A stretch of DNA of 24,000 nucleotides. Origin: Sporosarcina sp. 6E9. Lineage in GTDB: Bacteria > Bacillota > Bacilli > Bacillales_A > Planococcaceae. Positions 7,263 through 15,002 of this stretch are shown piece by piece (the stretch's first letter is position 1; the number at the start of each line of letters is the position of its first letter). The notes under the pieces are model-generated. The model did not search any database and had not been told where the DNA came from. It saw only the letters and a program-made list of their open reading frames with translations. The position numbers and the translations under genes were made by a program. Location: the NCBI RefSeq assembly GCF_017921835.1, contig NZ_JAGEMN010000001.1:155874-179873 (forward strand), read 5' to 3'.

Positions 7263-7295
7263 AGAATGGCTTAGATATAGGCTGTTCTTTTTTTA
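7263..7295 (+). terminator. probable rho-independent terminator
   Basis: Stem agaatggc (7263-7270) / gctgttct (7281-7288), with 2 G-U pairs, followed by T7 (7289-7295). Confidence 0.5.
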
Positions 7296-7586
7296 TACTT
7301 AATAATAAATTTATCTGCAGTAGAATCAAACTAGCATAAGTTAATATTATGTTTTTCAAAATTGTTATGGATACGAACAGTAATTGGAAATTCCCTCAAG
7401 CATCTTTTTAGTGTTGCTTATAAATAATTACGATCAATTTTTTTGAATTATCAATGTTGTGTTACAACAGGCTTAAGAAATGGACATAGTAATACCATAG
7501 GGGAAAGGTTTAATTAAATCAGGTACTAAGCACGATGAAGAGATGAAGCGAAAGGAAGGAGTAGAATGATTTAAACAAAAAGAGAT

Positions 7587-8316
7587 ATCCTGCGATATGA
7601 GCGAGAATTGAAAGGAATTCAAAGAAAAGTTGAACGTTTTACAGAAGACCACTTCAATGAAATTATGATCAATTATCAATTGATGTTTTAGCACTGTTGG
7701 AAAAGCATTTATCGGAAATGGGAGCTTACTGACGCGGTCCGAGCTTTGAAAAAAGCGTTGGTAACATTAAGTCACCAGATTGGAACCGAAATTGAACTCG
7801 CGAAAAGGAAAAGAGGTTTTTTAGGAGGACTATTCCAATTAAAAGCTGAGAAAAAGCAAGTGGAACTTGCGTTTAAAACATTAAATCAGGAAACATATCA
7901 TTCAACTTTACATAAAGCGAAAAAGAAGCTCATACATATACATCAATTTTCAGTGGGGCCTGAACAACTCAAGAAGCATTTTATCGAAAAAAACGCTGCC
8001 TATTATACTGAAATCGAAAAAAGTAATTGGTTTCGATGCTACTGCGATAGCTGAAGATTTTTCGAATGAAATTATCGAGGAAATCCAAGCGATACCTTTA
8101 GATACGACTGGGTTGAATTTAGATTTACGCCATTTTCAAAAATTCGAAGCGAAATATGCCTCGCATTATAAACGGACTTTACTTGGGGATGAAATGGGAC
8201 TTGGGAAAACGATTCAAGCATTGGCGCTGATCAATCATTTATTCCAAAATGATGAGAGGTATTCTATCGTTGTTTGTCCTTTAAGCGTGTTGGCGAACTG
8301 GAAACAGTTTTTCTGA
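7587..8316 (+). pseudogene. SNF2 family helicase, N-terminal part, with an in-frame stop and a frameshift
   Basis: [40 protein letters not shown]...[14 protein letters not shown] carries SNF2 motifs I and Ia. The upstream coiled-coil-like region is in another frame (7746-8054). The shift probably lies at an A-run around 8021-8026. An in-frame TAG sits at 7688-7690. Confidence 0.7.
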
Positions 8317-8520
8317 ATTCTGTCGGATGCAGTAGATGCAACTCCTTTGACAATAACTCCGTAATATCAGGTTGCAATACCGCGATTAACTGCTTCATTT
8401 CTTCCAAACGATTTTCAAGCGGTGTCCCGCTCATGAACAATGCATAATCCGCGTATGTAGTTGAATGAAGATCGCCATTCAATTTTACTATATCATTCAC
8501 ACTTAATCTGTTTTCTACTC
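8304..8520 (-). pseudogene. SNF2 helicase internal fragment (motif III region), inverted relative to the N-terminal part
   Basis: The minus strand reads ...VENRLSVNDIVKLNGDLHSTTYADYALFMSGTPLENRLEEMKQLIAVLQPDI...FRKTV. (L/M)(T/S)GTPxxN...E(L/M) is SNF2 motif III. This reading frame meets the + strand fragment tail-to-tail at about 8303-8306. Confidence 0.65.
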
Positions 8521-8807
8521 TTTAAACCTTGCTTCCCGTAGTCTTCTCATATGTTTTTCCTGTGACTTGGAACGTTCGCTTCCCTATACTGTCCTATCAT
8601 TGATGCGGTTACGTTCAAATGACGGTTAAAGAGACATCAGTGTGGTCGAACTCGTTGAGTTCGAGAAAGAAGAAGCTTGACCAATATAAATACTAGAGTG
8701 TGGCCGGAATGACCCCATACTATACATCAACAATTTATAAAATTTATACAAAATTATTCAATGGATAATTGTGCTAAACTCTATACACGACTATAAAACT
8801 ATCTACT

Positions 8808-8853
8808 TCTCAAACTAATGAGTTTATATAGCCTTGAAAAAGTTAGTTTGAGA
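8808..8853 (+). promoter_or_regulatory. 11-bp perfect inverted repeat just upstream of the ATPase-TOPRIM gene (possible operator or 5'-UTR hairpin)
   Basis: Arms are tctcaaactaa (8808-8818) / ttagtttgaga (8843-8853), separated by a 24-nt spacer. The repeat ends 8 nt before the RBS gaggag (8861-8866). Confidence 0.3.
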
Positions 8854-8878
8854 TAGAGTTGAGGAGATGATTTTTATT

Positions 8879-10366
8879 ATGATAAATTCATTAAAGATAA
8901 TTAATCGTGATCATATTCGAAATGTAGAATTGCTTAATCTTAGCAAAATAAATATCTTTTGTGGTAAAAATAACGCAGGTAAAACCACAATTTTAAATAC
9001 TTTATCGGGTGGATCTGAGAAATTTATGTTGGGGGAAGAATATTCTTTTGATGAAGTATGGTCTTTTTTTGTTAAAGTTAATACTAAAGCAAGAGAGGAG
9101 TTACAAGACGAAGATTATTGGAGTGATAATTTATTAGAAGAATATTACTCTTCTCTTTATTTAATACTAGAGGAATATAATAAACCTTTTTATTTTATTG
9201 ATGATTTGCTTATACTAACGCAACAAGTATTTATTGAAAATAAAGAAGAAGGACTATATGAAACTATATATAAAGTTATACAAGAAATTATTGGACAATA
9301 TGACATTTTCCCTTATTTAGAACCAGATAATATAATTTCTATTCCTGCAAATAGGTTTATAGAACCGAGAGTAAATTATAGTACTCAACAAAATGAGATT
9401 AAACCAACTGGTGAGGGAATTGTATCGAAAGTCTTTTTTATGAAAAATCAATTAGCAGGTACGCCAGAATTAATAGCATATCTTAGAATGAAAGACCAAT
9501 TTAAATTTATTTGTGATGGGTTTGATTTTGATATTATTCAAAATGGTGATGGAACTCTAAACCTAATGTTTACTAATCCATCTGGAGATTGGCTTAATGC
9601 CGAAAAATATGGTTTAGGATTACGTGATTTGTTAATAATTTTGTACTTTGCAAATAGCATTGACAATAGTAATGTCATTCTTATTGATGAAGTAGAAACG
9701 CATTTACATCCAGATTTACAAAGGAAGTTATTACATACCTTAAGGGAAAGTAGTAAACAGTTTTTTATTACTACACATTCCAATATATTTTTAGATAGTA
9801 CTTTCGTAAATAAAATATTTCATGTTACTTTTGATAATCAGATAAATATTGTTGATGCAACAAGTAGAAGTGGGTTGCTTAATGATTTAGGATTCTCTGT
9901 TTCAGATAATTTAACTTCTGATTTAATTATCCTCTGCGAGGGTCCAACAGATAAGCCGGTAATTGAAGAGTTTTTATATAAGTTTGATTTAATGCAAAAC
10001 TATAATATTAAAATATGGCCATTAGGAGGAGACATCATGGATCAACATGATCTTACGGTATTTAGTGAATCCTATAAAATTATTGGCTTAATTGATTTGG
10101 ATCCAGGAAGTGGGGTTATTAGGCAGCGTTTTGTTGACAATTGTACTGATAATAATATACCAGTACATAGATTAAAGAGATATGCTATTGAGAACTACTT
10201 TACGATTGAAGCATTAAGAAAGGTTTTTAAAGGACAAATAAGTCAAGATATTAGTACAATAGACACTACTATAAAATTGGAAGATCAAATAGGGATAAAT
10301 CCTAAGAAGAACAATAGAAAAATCGCAAATAACATGAACGTTGCAGATATCGAGGGTACTGATTAA
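8879..10366 (+). CDS. OLD-family-like nuclease: an ABC-type (AAA_15/AAA_21-like) ATPase fused to a TOPRIM (OLD/DUF4435-like) domain
   Basis: Walker A is GKNNAGKTT (8963-8989), the signature-like region is YGLGLRDLL, the Walker B is VILIDEVETHLHP (9674-9712), and ITTHS follows. The C-terminal TOPRIM motifs are LCEGPTDKPVIE (within 9920-9952), IGLIDLDPG and RYAIENYF. The ORF opens at 8867, but that ATG directly abuts the RBS, so the ATG at 8879 (12 nt after gaggag) is the likelier start. Confidence 0.8.
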   Translation: MINSLKIINRDHIRNVELLNLSKINIFCGKNNAGKTTILNTLSGGSEKFMLGEEYSFDEVWSFFVKVNTKAREELQDEDYWSDNLLEEYYSSLYLILEEYNKPFYFIDDLLILTQQVFIENKEEGLYETIYKVIQEIIGQYDIFPYLEPDNIISIPANRFIEPRVNYSTQQNEIKPTGEGIVSKVFFMKNQLAGTPELIAYLRMKDQFKFICDGFDFDIIQNGDGTLNLMFTNPSGDWLNAEKYGLGLRDLLIILYFANSIDNSNVILIDEVETHLHPDLQRKLLHTLRESSKQFFITTHSNIFLDSTFVNKIFHVTFDNQINIVDATSRSGLLNDLGFSVSDNLTSDLIILCEGPTDKPVIEEFLYKFDLMQNYNIKIWPLGGDIMDQHDLTVFSESYKIIGLIDLDPGSGVIRQRFVDNCTDNNIPVHRLKRYAIENYFTIEALRKVFKGQISQDISTIDTTIKLEDQIGINPKKNNRKIANNMNVADIEGTD

Positions 10367-10367
10367 G

Positions 10368-10815
10368 TTTCTCTTCGCCGCGGGCAACGGCTTTATTGAT
10401 ACGTATCTCGCCAGTTGCAAAGTTCATACCCCTCCACATAAGTGCCAGACCCTCACCCTCACTCTTTCGCATATCAGAATACGCAAGTAAATGAAAGAGA
10501 AAACATGGAGTCGTAAATTCTTTTCTTGTTTATGACAATCTAGGAACTCGATTAGCTGTTCCTTTGTATAGAAGTTTTCATAAATTAACTCATCAAATGT
10601 GATACTTTTTTATCGATTGGAATTTCAACCAGATCAATTGGATTTATATTGATATCAATATAACTTCAGCTCATAGCAAACGTAATAACCTTCGCAACAT
10701 ATGATTTAACCGTCATGAACCCCTTTAGTTTCATATAGTTATTTAAATTAGTTATATCATTTTCTCCTCTTATCAAATTTCGTATTACATTTACCCACTT
10801 ACACTTATTTCAAAA
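10368..10815 (-). pseudogene. tyrosine recombinase (phage-integrase family) remnant, 3'-truncated, with a nonsense codon and frameshifts
   Basis: The minus-strand frames give ...ITNLNNYMKLKGFMTVKSYVAKVITFAMS*SYIDININPIDLVEIP, then KSITFDELIYENFYTKEQLIEFLDCHKQEKN, then FLFHLLAYSDMRKSEGEGLALMWRGMNFATGEIRINKAVARGEEK. These match the integrase core-binding pattern and the first catalytic-domain pattern (..TG.R.sE...L.W.di......i.i.k). The later catalytic residues are absent because the frame runs into the 3' end of the 8879-10366 gene. Confidence 0.5.
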
Positions 10816-11496
10816 TAAGTTTAAAATGAATAATTTAAAATAAAAGTGAGTCACAACAATCAGTTGCTTCTGATAAGGAGTTCTGGGTTGTTACACTCAT
10901 TTCAGGAAATTCAATACTTTACACTTATAATAAATATACTTAGCCAGAATTTAACGCATTCAAATCTACATCTATGTTATAGCAATAAAACACTTATTTT
11001 AAAATGGGTGTTTTTCGCTTAGCCTCCTCGCTCCTCACCTCCAAAACCAAAAGAATAGCTATGCTCATAAATAAACCAAGTAAACACGGGCGCATTATAT
11101 AAAGATACAGACGGGTTAATATTTGGTTCAATAAAAAGGATAAAATACTACAATTCAATCCTTCGGCGTATAAGTTTTTACTTAAATTTAAGAAATGATT
11201 TTCAGGTTCATTTTATCCCCTGGAATTTTGTACATAGTGACAACCTCTGGAATTTTGTTTTGACGACGCCTTCGTTAAATAGCAGGAAAGGCAGCAAACT
11301 CCCATCAAATTAGAATATCAATAAATTATTCCAACGAAACCAGATGTTAACAAACGTGGCGGATCAAACCATCCGTGAAGAGTTTACGAAGTATAAGAAA
11401 ATTACGGTTGAGAAGTATGGCTACGCTGAAATAAATGGATTCCAAAACGGCTGACCCCATAACTTAAATTTAGTTAGTTGCCATTAATCCGACACC

Positions 11497-11531
11497 AAAA
11501 AGCAGCACCTAAAATATGGTGCTGCTTTTTT
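11497..11531. terminator. bidirectional rho-independent terminator
   Basis: Stem aaaaagcagcacc (11497-11509) / ggtgctgcttttt (11518-11530) with an 8-nt loop. U-runs are available on both strands. It lies 12 nt beyond the stop of the minus-strand hydrolase gene. Confidence 0.8.
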
Positions 11532-11542
11532 CGAACGCTATT

Positions 11543-12826
11543 TTATTCATTAATAATAGATTCATAAACTGTATTCGCAATCGTTCTCGATAAAAGTCCT
11601 GTGCTTGAGTAAGAACCACTTGCTAAAGGACCGTTATTTTGTTTATTGGCTAATACAATGATTTGTAGATTGTTGACAGGGTCAAAGATGACTTGTGTTC
11701 CGGTAAAACCTGTATGGCCAAATGCTTGTCCAGAATGAAGATTGCCCATATACCAGGTTTGGTTTAGTTCCCAACCGTATCCTTGGCCGAATTGTTGAGG
11801 GGAAGTAAATTGATCGACAATCGCTTCATTATATAAGGAAACTTTTCCGTAACTGCCTTTGTTCAGCATCGTTTGACCGAGTACGGCTAAATCGCGCGCA
11901 GTTGAAAACAGACCGGCATGTCCTGCAACTCCTTGATTGGCATAAAAGCTATTTCCATCGTTTACTTCACCGATTAACGTATACTCTCTCCAATGCTTAA
12001 AGTCATCCGCATCTTCCTCGACGTAATAACCGAAGTTCGGATCATCTACCATTTTATATTCATATGGATTGCCCCATGAAGTGGCCGCAATTTTTTTGTT
12101 CGTTTTTTCTAGCGGGTTAAACATTGTATCTTTCATATTTAAAGGCTCGTAAATATTGTTTTCTAGATAGACATCCAATCGTTGTCCAGTAACTGCCTCG
12201 ATTACAAAACCAAGAGCCATATAGCTAAAATCACTATATTTGCGATTGGTGCCTGTCTCATATTCGAGCGGTAGTTCATTGATATAATCGAGTACTTCTG
12301 CTGGATTGGTTGCATGTAAGAAGGTCGGTGCCCAAGGTGTTAACCCAGATGTATGTGTGAGTAAATGTGCAATTTTCACTGCATCTTTTCCATTTTCCGC
12401 GAATTCGGGAATATATGTCGCAACCGGTTCGTGAATATCAATTACCCCTTCAGAAGCCAGTTTCATAATCCCTTGTGTTGTCCCCATGACTTTCGTCACC
12501 GATGCCAAATCAAAAATGGTCTTTTTCGTCATTTTTACAGGTTGCTGTAGTTTGTTGCCCATATCATAGAGTTGGGCATGTCCATATGCGGTTTCTTTGA
12601 CGATTTTATTGTCCTTTGCAACAAGGACGACAGCTCCTGGTGTAACCCCATTACGAATCGCATCTTCTACAATTTGATCGATTTCATTCAGTTTGTTTTG
12701 ATCCATCCCGACTGCATTTGGTGAACCTTGACTAAGTTTTTCTCCTAATTGTTTCGCACTGACCGGTGATGAGATAACAGCGGTCATTAAGAATAGGATA
12801 ATCGTACCGAAAACTAGTTTTCTCAC
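11543..12826 (-). CDS. secreted serine hydrolase of the beta-lactamase / DD-peptidase (class C-like) fold
   Basis: Signal peptide MRKLVFGTIILFLMTAVISSPVSA|K. S-x-x-K nucleophile motif in FDLASVTKVMGT, a YSD (Y-x-N-like) motif in RKYSDFSY, and HTGFTGT (the K/H-T-G box). GTG start 5 nt after ggaggag. Confidence 0.85.
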   Translation of the reverse strand: MRKLVFGTIILFLMTAVISSPVSAKQLGEKLSQGSPNAVGMDQNKLNEIDQIVEDAIRNGVTPGAVVLVAKDNKIVKETAYGHAQLYDMGNKLQQPVKMTKKTIFDLASVTKVMGTTQGIMKLASEGVIDIHEPVATYIPEFAENGKDAVKIAHLLTHTSGLTPWAPTFLHATNPAEVLDYINELPLEYETGTNRKYSDFSYMALGFVIEAVTGQRLDVYLENNIYEPLNMKDTMFNPLEKTNKKIAATSWGNPYEYKMVDDPNFGYYVEEDADDFKHWREYTLIGEVNDGNSFYANQGVAGHAGLFSTARDLAVLGQTMLNKGSYGKVSLYNEAIVDQFTSPQQFGQGYGWELNQTWYMGNLHSGQAFGHTGFTGTQVIFDPVNNLQIIVLANKQNNGPLASGSYSSTGLLSRTIANTVYESIINE

Positions 12827-12848
12827 ACATTCTCCTCCTAAGTTATAG

Positions 12849-12877
12849 TTGAAAATTCTAAATGTAAGCGTTATAAT
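12849..12877 (+). promoter_or_regulatory. sigma-A-type promoter of the nine-gene operon (TTGAAA-17 nt-TATAAT) with an overlapping cre-like half-site
   Basis: The -35 ttgaaa is at 12849-12854 and the -10 tataat at 12872-12877, with an exact 17-nt spacer. tgtaagcgttataa (12863-12876) has a perfect left cre half (TGTAAGCG) but a poor right half. Confidence 0.55.
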
Positions 12878-12977
12878 TACAATATACCATATTCTGTAGA
12901 TTCATTACAAGTATAATCAGAATATTGTAAACATCCAAGCCATAGGATTAGGTTACATAGTAAGGGGGGATGTGAGC

Positions 12978-14009
12978 TTGTCGCGATTAGAAAAAAGACT
13001 TGAGTTAGCAAAGAAGGAACTTCGTCGATCGGTCATAGATATAAATGCTGAAATCAACGATAAAACAGAACTTCCTGAGGGCGTATTATTTTACGGCATT
13101 AAAGATACGGATCAGATTCCAGCCCTTTTCCTAAACAGGCTTAGTGCTCACAAACGATTTTGTTGGTTAACGACTGATAAAGCAGCCAATAAAGGAAGAG
13201 CGATTGATACGGATTTATTAAATCCTTTAACGTATCGCGTCATGACTGGTTCGACAAGTGGGGGTCCAGTCAATATTTTAAAAGGGATTACTGATTTTGC
13301 AATTGGCACGGATGGGGGTGGCTCAGTATTAGCTCCGGCGATTAGCTGTCAACTCCCATCGATTATGGCTGCGGGTTTAGGTTTACATGTCAAAGAAGAT
13401 AAAACCTCAACTGATGGCATTCAATTTATGGGCAGTATTGGGGTGATTGGAAAAAGTGTACCTTTGCTGAAACAAATCACTGAAATTATGTTGGCAAGAG
13501 AACTGGATACAGATGAGGACGAACCAATAACCATTGCCATTCCGCAAAAAGGAACTGTGATGCGTCCAGATGGCCAAGATATGCATGCGGTAATCATGAA
13601 TTATCTCAACCGAATTAAGTTAAAACACGTAACAATTAAAGAAGTGGATATGACGGGAATTGATGAACGAAAACGCGCCATTGTAACCTTGCAAACTTGT
13701 TTTGAAGAAGTAGACTTTGTCCTAACTTGTGAAGGACCTGTTGATGTCTACGGATATGGAGAGACAATTCCGCAACAGTTTGGTCAAGCGGGAAGAGAGT
13801 TGACCAACGATCACGGAAAATATTTAATACGCGCTGCAAATATGTGTAAAGCAACAGCGGTAACTATTCCAACGACTGATATAGCCAGTGCCTTGGTTAT
13901 TGTCGCAAAAAATGGTTTATCACATGGTGCAAAGGCCATTCACTTAGCTGAAAAGTTTGAACAAGTCATTGAACTCCCAGAAGTTTGGCGACGCTACTTT
14001 TTAGCGTAA
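12978..14009 (+). CDS. compact amidase-signature (AS) family protein
   Basis: TGSTSGGPVNILKGITDFAIGTDGGGSVLAPAISC parallels the AS consensus GGSSGG....(x).LGTDtGGSIRiPA. An upstream GIKD could supply the catalytic Lys. The ORF opens at GTG 12972, but TTG 12978 is better spaced from aagggggga. At about 343 aa it is much shorter than typical AS enzymes. Confidence 0.6.
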   Translation: MSRLEKRLELAKKELRRSVIDINAEINDKTELPEGVLFYGIKDTDQIPALFLNRLSAHKRFCWLTTDKAANKGRAIDTDLLNPLTYRVMTGSTSGGPVNILKGITDFAIGTDGGGSVLAPAISCQLPSIMAAGLGLHVKEDKTSTDGIQFMGSIGVIGKSVPLLKQITEIMLARELDTDEDEPITIAIPQKGTVMRPDGQDMHAVIMNYLNRIKLKHVTIKEVDMTGIDERKRAIVTLQTCFEEVDFVLTCEGPVDVYGYGETIPQQFGQAGRELTNDHGKYLIRAANMCKATAVTIPTTDIASALVIVAKNGLSHGAKAIHLAEKFEQVIELPEVWRRYFLA

Positions 14010-14046
14010 GAGATAGAAAACAGGGGTGTGAGAAAGGAGCTGCTAC

Positions 14047-14979
14047 ATGAGCAGAATATGGGAAGTTTTATTCTCGAAAAATGGTCTAGCAGCTAAGCAA
14101 ATTGCTGAAATGCTAATACCCATTCATGAAGGTGAACGGATCCCACGTGTAGAGGATTTTGAGAACCAACTTTCAATTGGAAGGGGCACAGTTCAAGGGG
14201 CTTTGAAAGTGCTAGAAAGTTTACATGCCGTTCAATTAGAGTCACGTGGTCACTTGGGGACGTTTGTCGTTAAAAGAAATCTACATTTGTTAAAAGAGAT
14301 TGCTGGTGTTGGAGATCTTATGGGCGCCATGCCTTTACCATATTCGACTTTATATGAAGGTTTGGCTACGGGATTAATCGAGGTCTCAGACCAATTAATG
14401 AACGGTATCAATCTCGTATACATGCGTGGATCAAAGCAACGAGTAGAGGGGTTAAAATCCCGTAGATATGATTTCATAGTGCTATCTCAATTAGCCGCCG
14501 AAGAAGAAATGAAGCATGATGATCAGTTGACGATCGCCTTGGATTTTGGCCCAAACACGTATGTATCCTCACATAAGGTGTTTCTAGCCGATCCAAAGAA
14601 AAATGCAATCGAGCGTGGCATGCGCGTAGGCATTGACTACTCCTCTTTTGACCAGTTAAAAATTACGTTACTTGAATGTGAAGATATCGACGTCGAACTT
14701 GTCTCGATTAACTATATGCAACTATTTGAAAATCTACAAAATGGCACATTGGATGCGGCCGTTTGGAATTCCGATGAAAGCCGATCTGTAAAAGCATTTA
14801 AACAAGTTAACTTTCAATCTCAACAAGCAAGAGAGATTGCCAAGAAAGCGACTACATCGGTTATCTTAATTGAAAAGCAAAGGGAAGAGGTTTTCAATTA
14901 CTTTTCGCAACTAGATAAAGAGGAAGTAAAGCAGATTCAACAGTTGGTTGTTGACCATGAAAAAATACCGCATTATTAA
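14047..14979 (+). CDS. yhfZ: YhfZ-like transcriptional regulator (GntR-type winged helix-turn-helix plus a ligand-binding-like C-terminal domain)
   Basis: Winged-HTH segment IPRVEDFENQLSIGRGTVQGALKVLESLHAVQLESRGHLGTFVV. Its 310 aa compares with ~300 aa for E. coli YhfZ. It sits at the head of the yhf-type gene set. RBS aaaggag. Confidence 0.65.
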   Translation: MSRIWEVLFSKNGLAAKQIAEMLIPIHEGERIPRVEDFENQLSIGRGTVQGALKVLESLHAVQLESRGHLGTFVVKRNLHLLKEIAGVGDLMGAMPLPYSTLYEGLATGLIEVSDQLMNGINLVYMRGSKQRVEGLKSRRYDFIVLSQLAAEEEMKHDDQLTIALDFGPNTYVSSHKVFLADPKKNAIERGMRVGIDYSSFDQLKITLLECEDIDVELVSINYMQLFENLQNGTLDAAVWNSDESRSVKAFKQVNFQSQQAREIAKKATTSVILIEKQREEVFNYFSQLDKEEVKQIQQLVVDHEKIPHY

Positions 14980-15002
14980 GACATAATTTTTGGGAGGCAG
15001 CT

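Noticed and set aside
7473-7694. Minus-strand 73-aa ORF
   Set aside because: It lies antisense to the decayed N-terminal region of the SNF2 pseudogene, has no RBS and yields a low-complexity product.
8619-8630. 12-mer atgacggttaaa, also present as its reverse complement at 10705-10716, as a possible island-flanking inverted repeat
   Set aside because: A 12-nt match is expected by chance many times in a 24-kb window searched on both strands, and the flanks do not extend the match.
8646-8664. Hairpin tcgaactc-gtt-gagttcga near the left edge of the AT-rich islet
   Set aside because: It has an 8-bp stem but no U-run on either strand and no matching copy at the other end of the islet. I cannot support calling it a terminator or an att site.
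8879-10366. Calling the ATPase-TOPRIM gene canonical Gabija (GajA) or two-gene PARIS
   Set aside because: No UvrD-like helicase (GajB) or separate DUF4435 gene follows. The downstream sequence is an integrase remnant on the other strand, so only the family-level call is supported.
9538-10420. Minus-strand ORFs 9538-9783 and 10214-10420
   Set aside because: They are antisense to the ATPase-TOPRIM gene. The second is also in a different frame from the integrase-like remnant, so it is not that remnant's continuation.
10797-11016. Recurrent (t)acacttat(t) words at about 10801, 10921 and 10991 (also at 4658), as possible integrase arm-type sites
   Set aside because: These are 8-10-nt AT-rich words in AT-rich DNA with irregular spacing. 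Without statistics or an intact integrase, I cannot distinguish them from chance.
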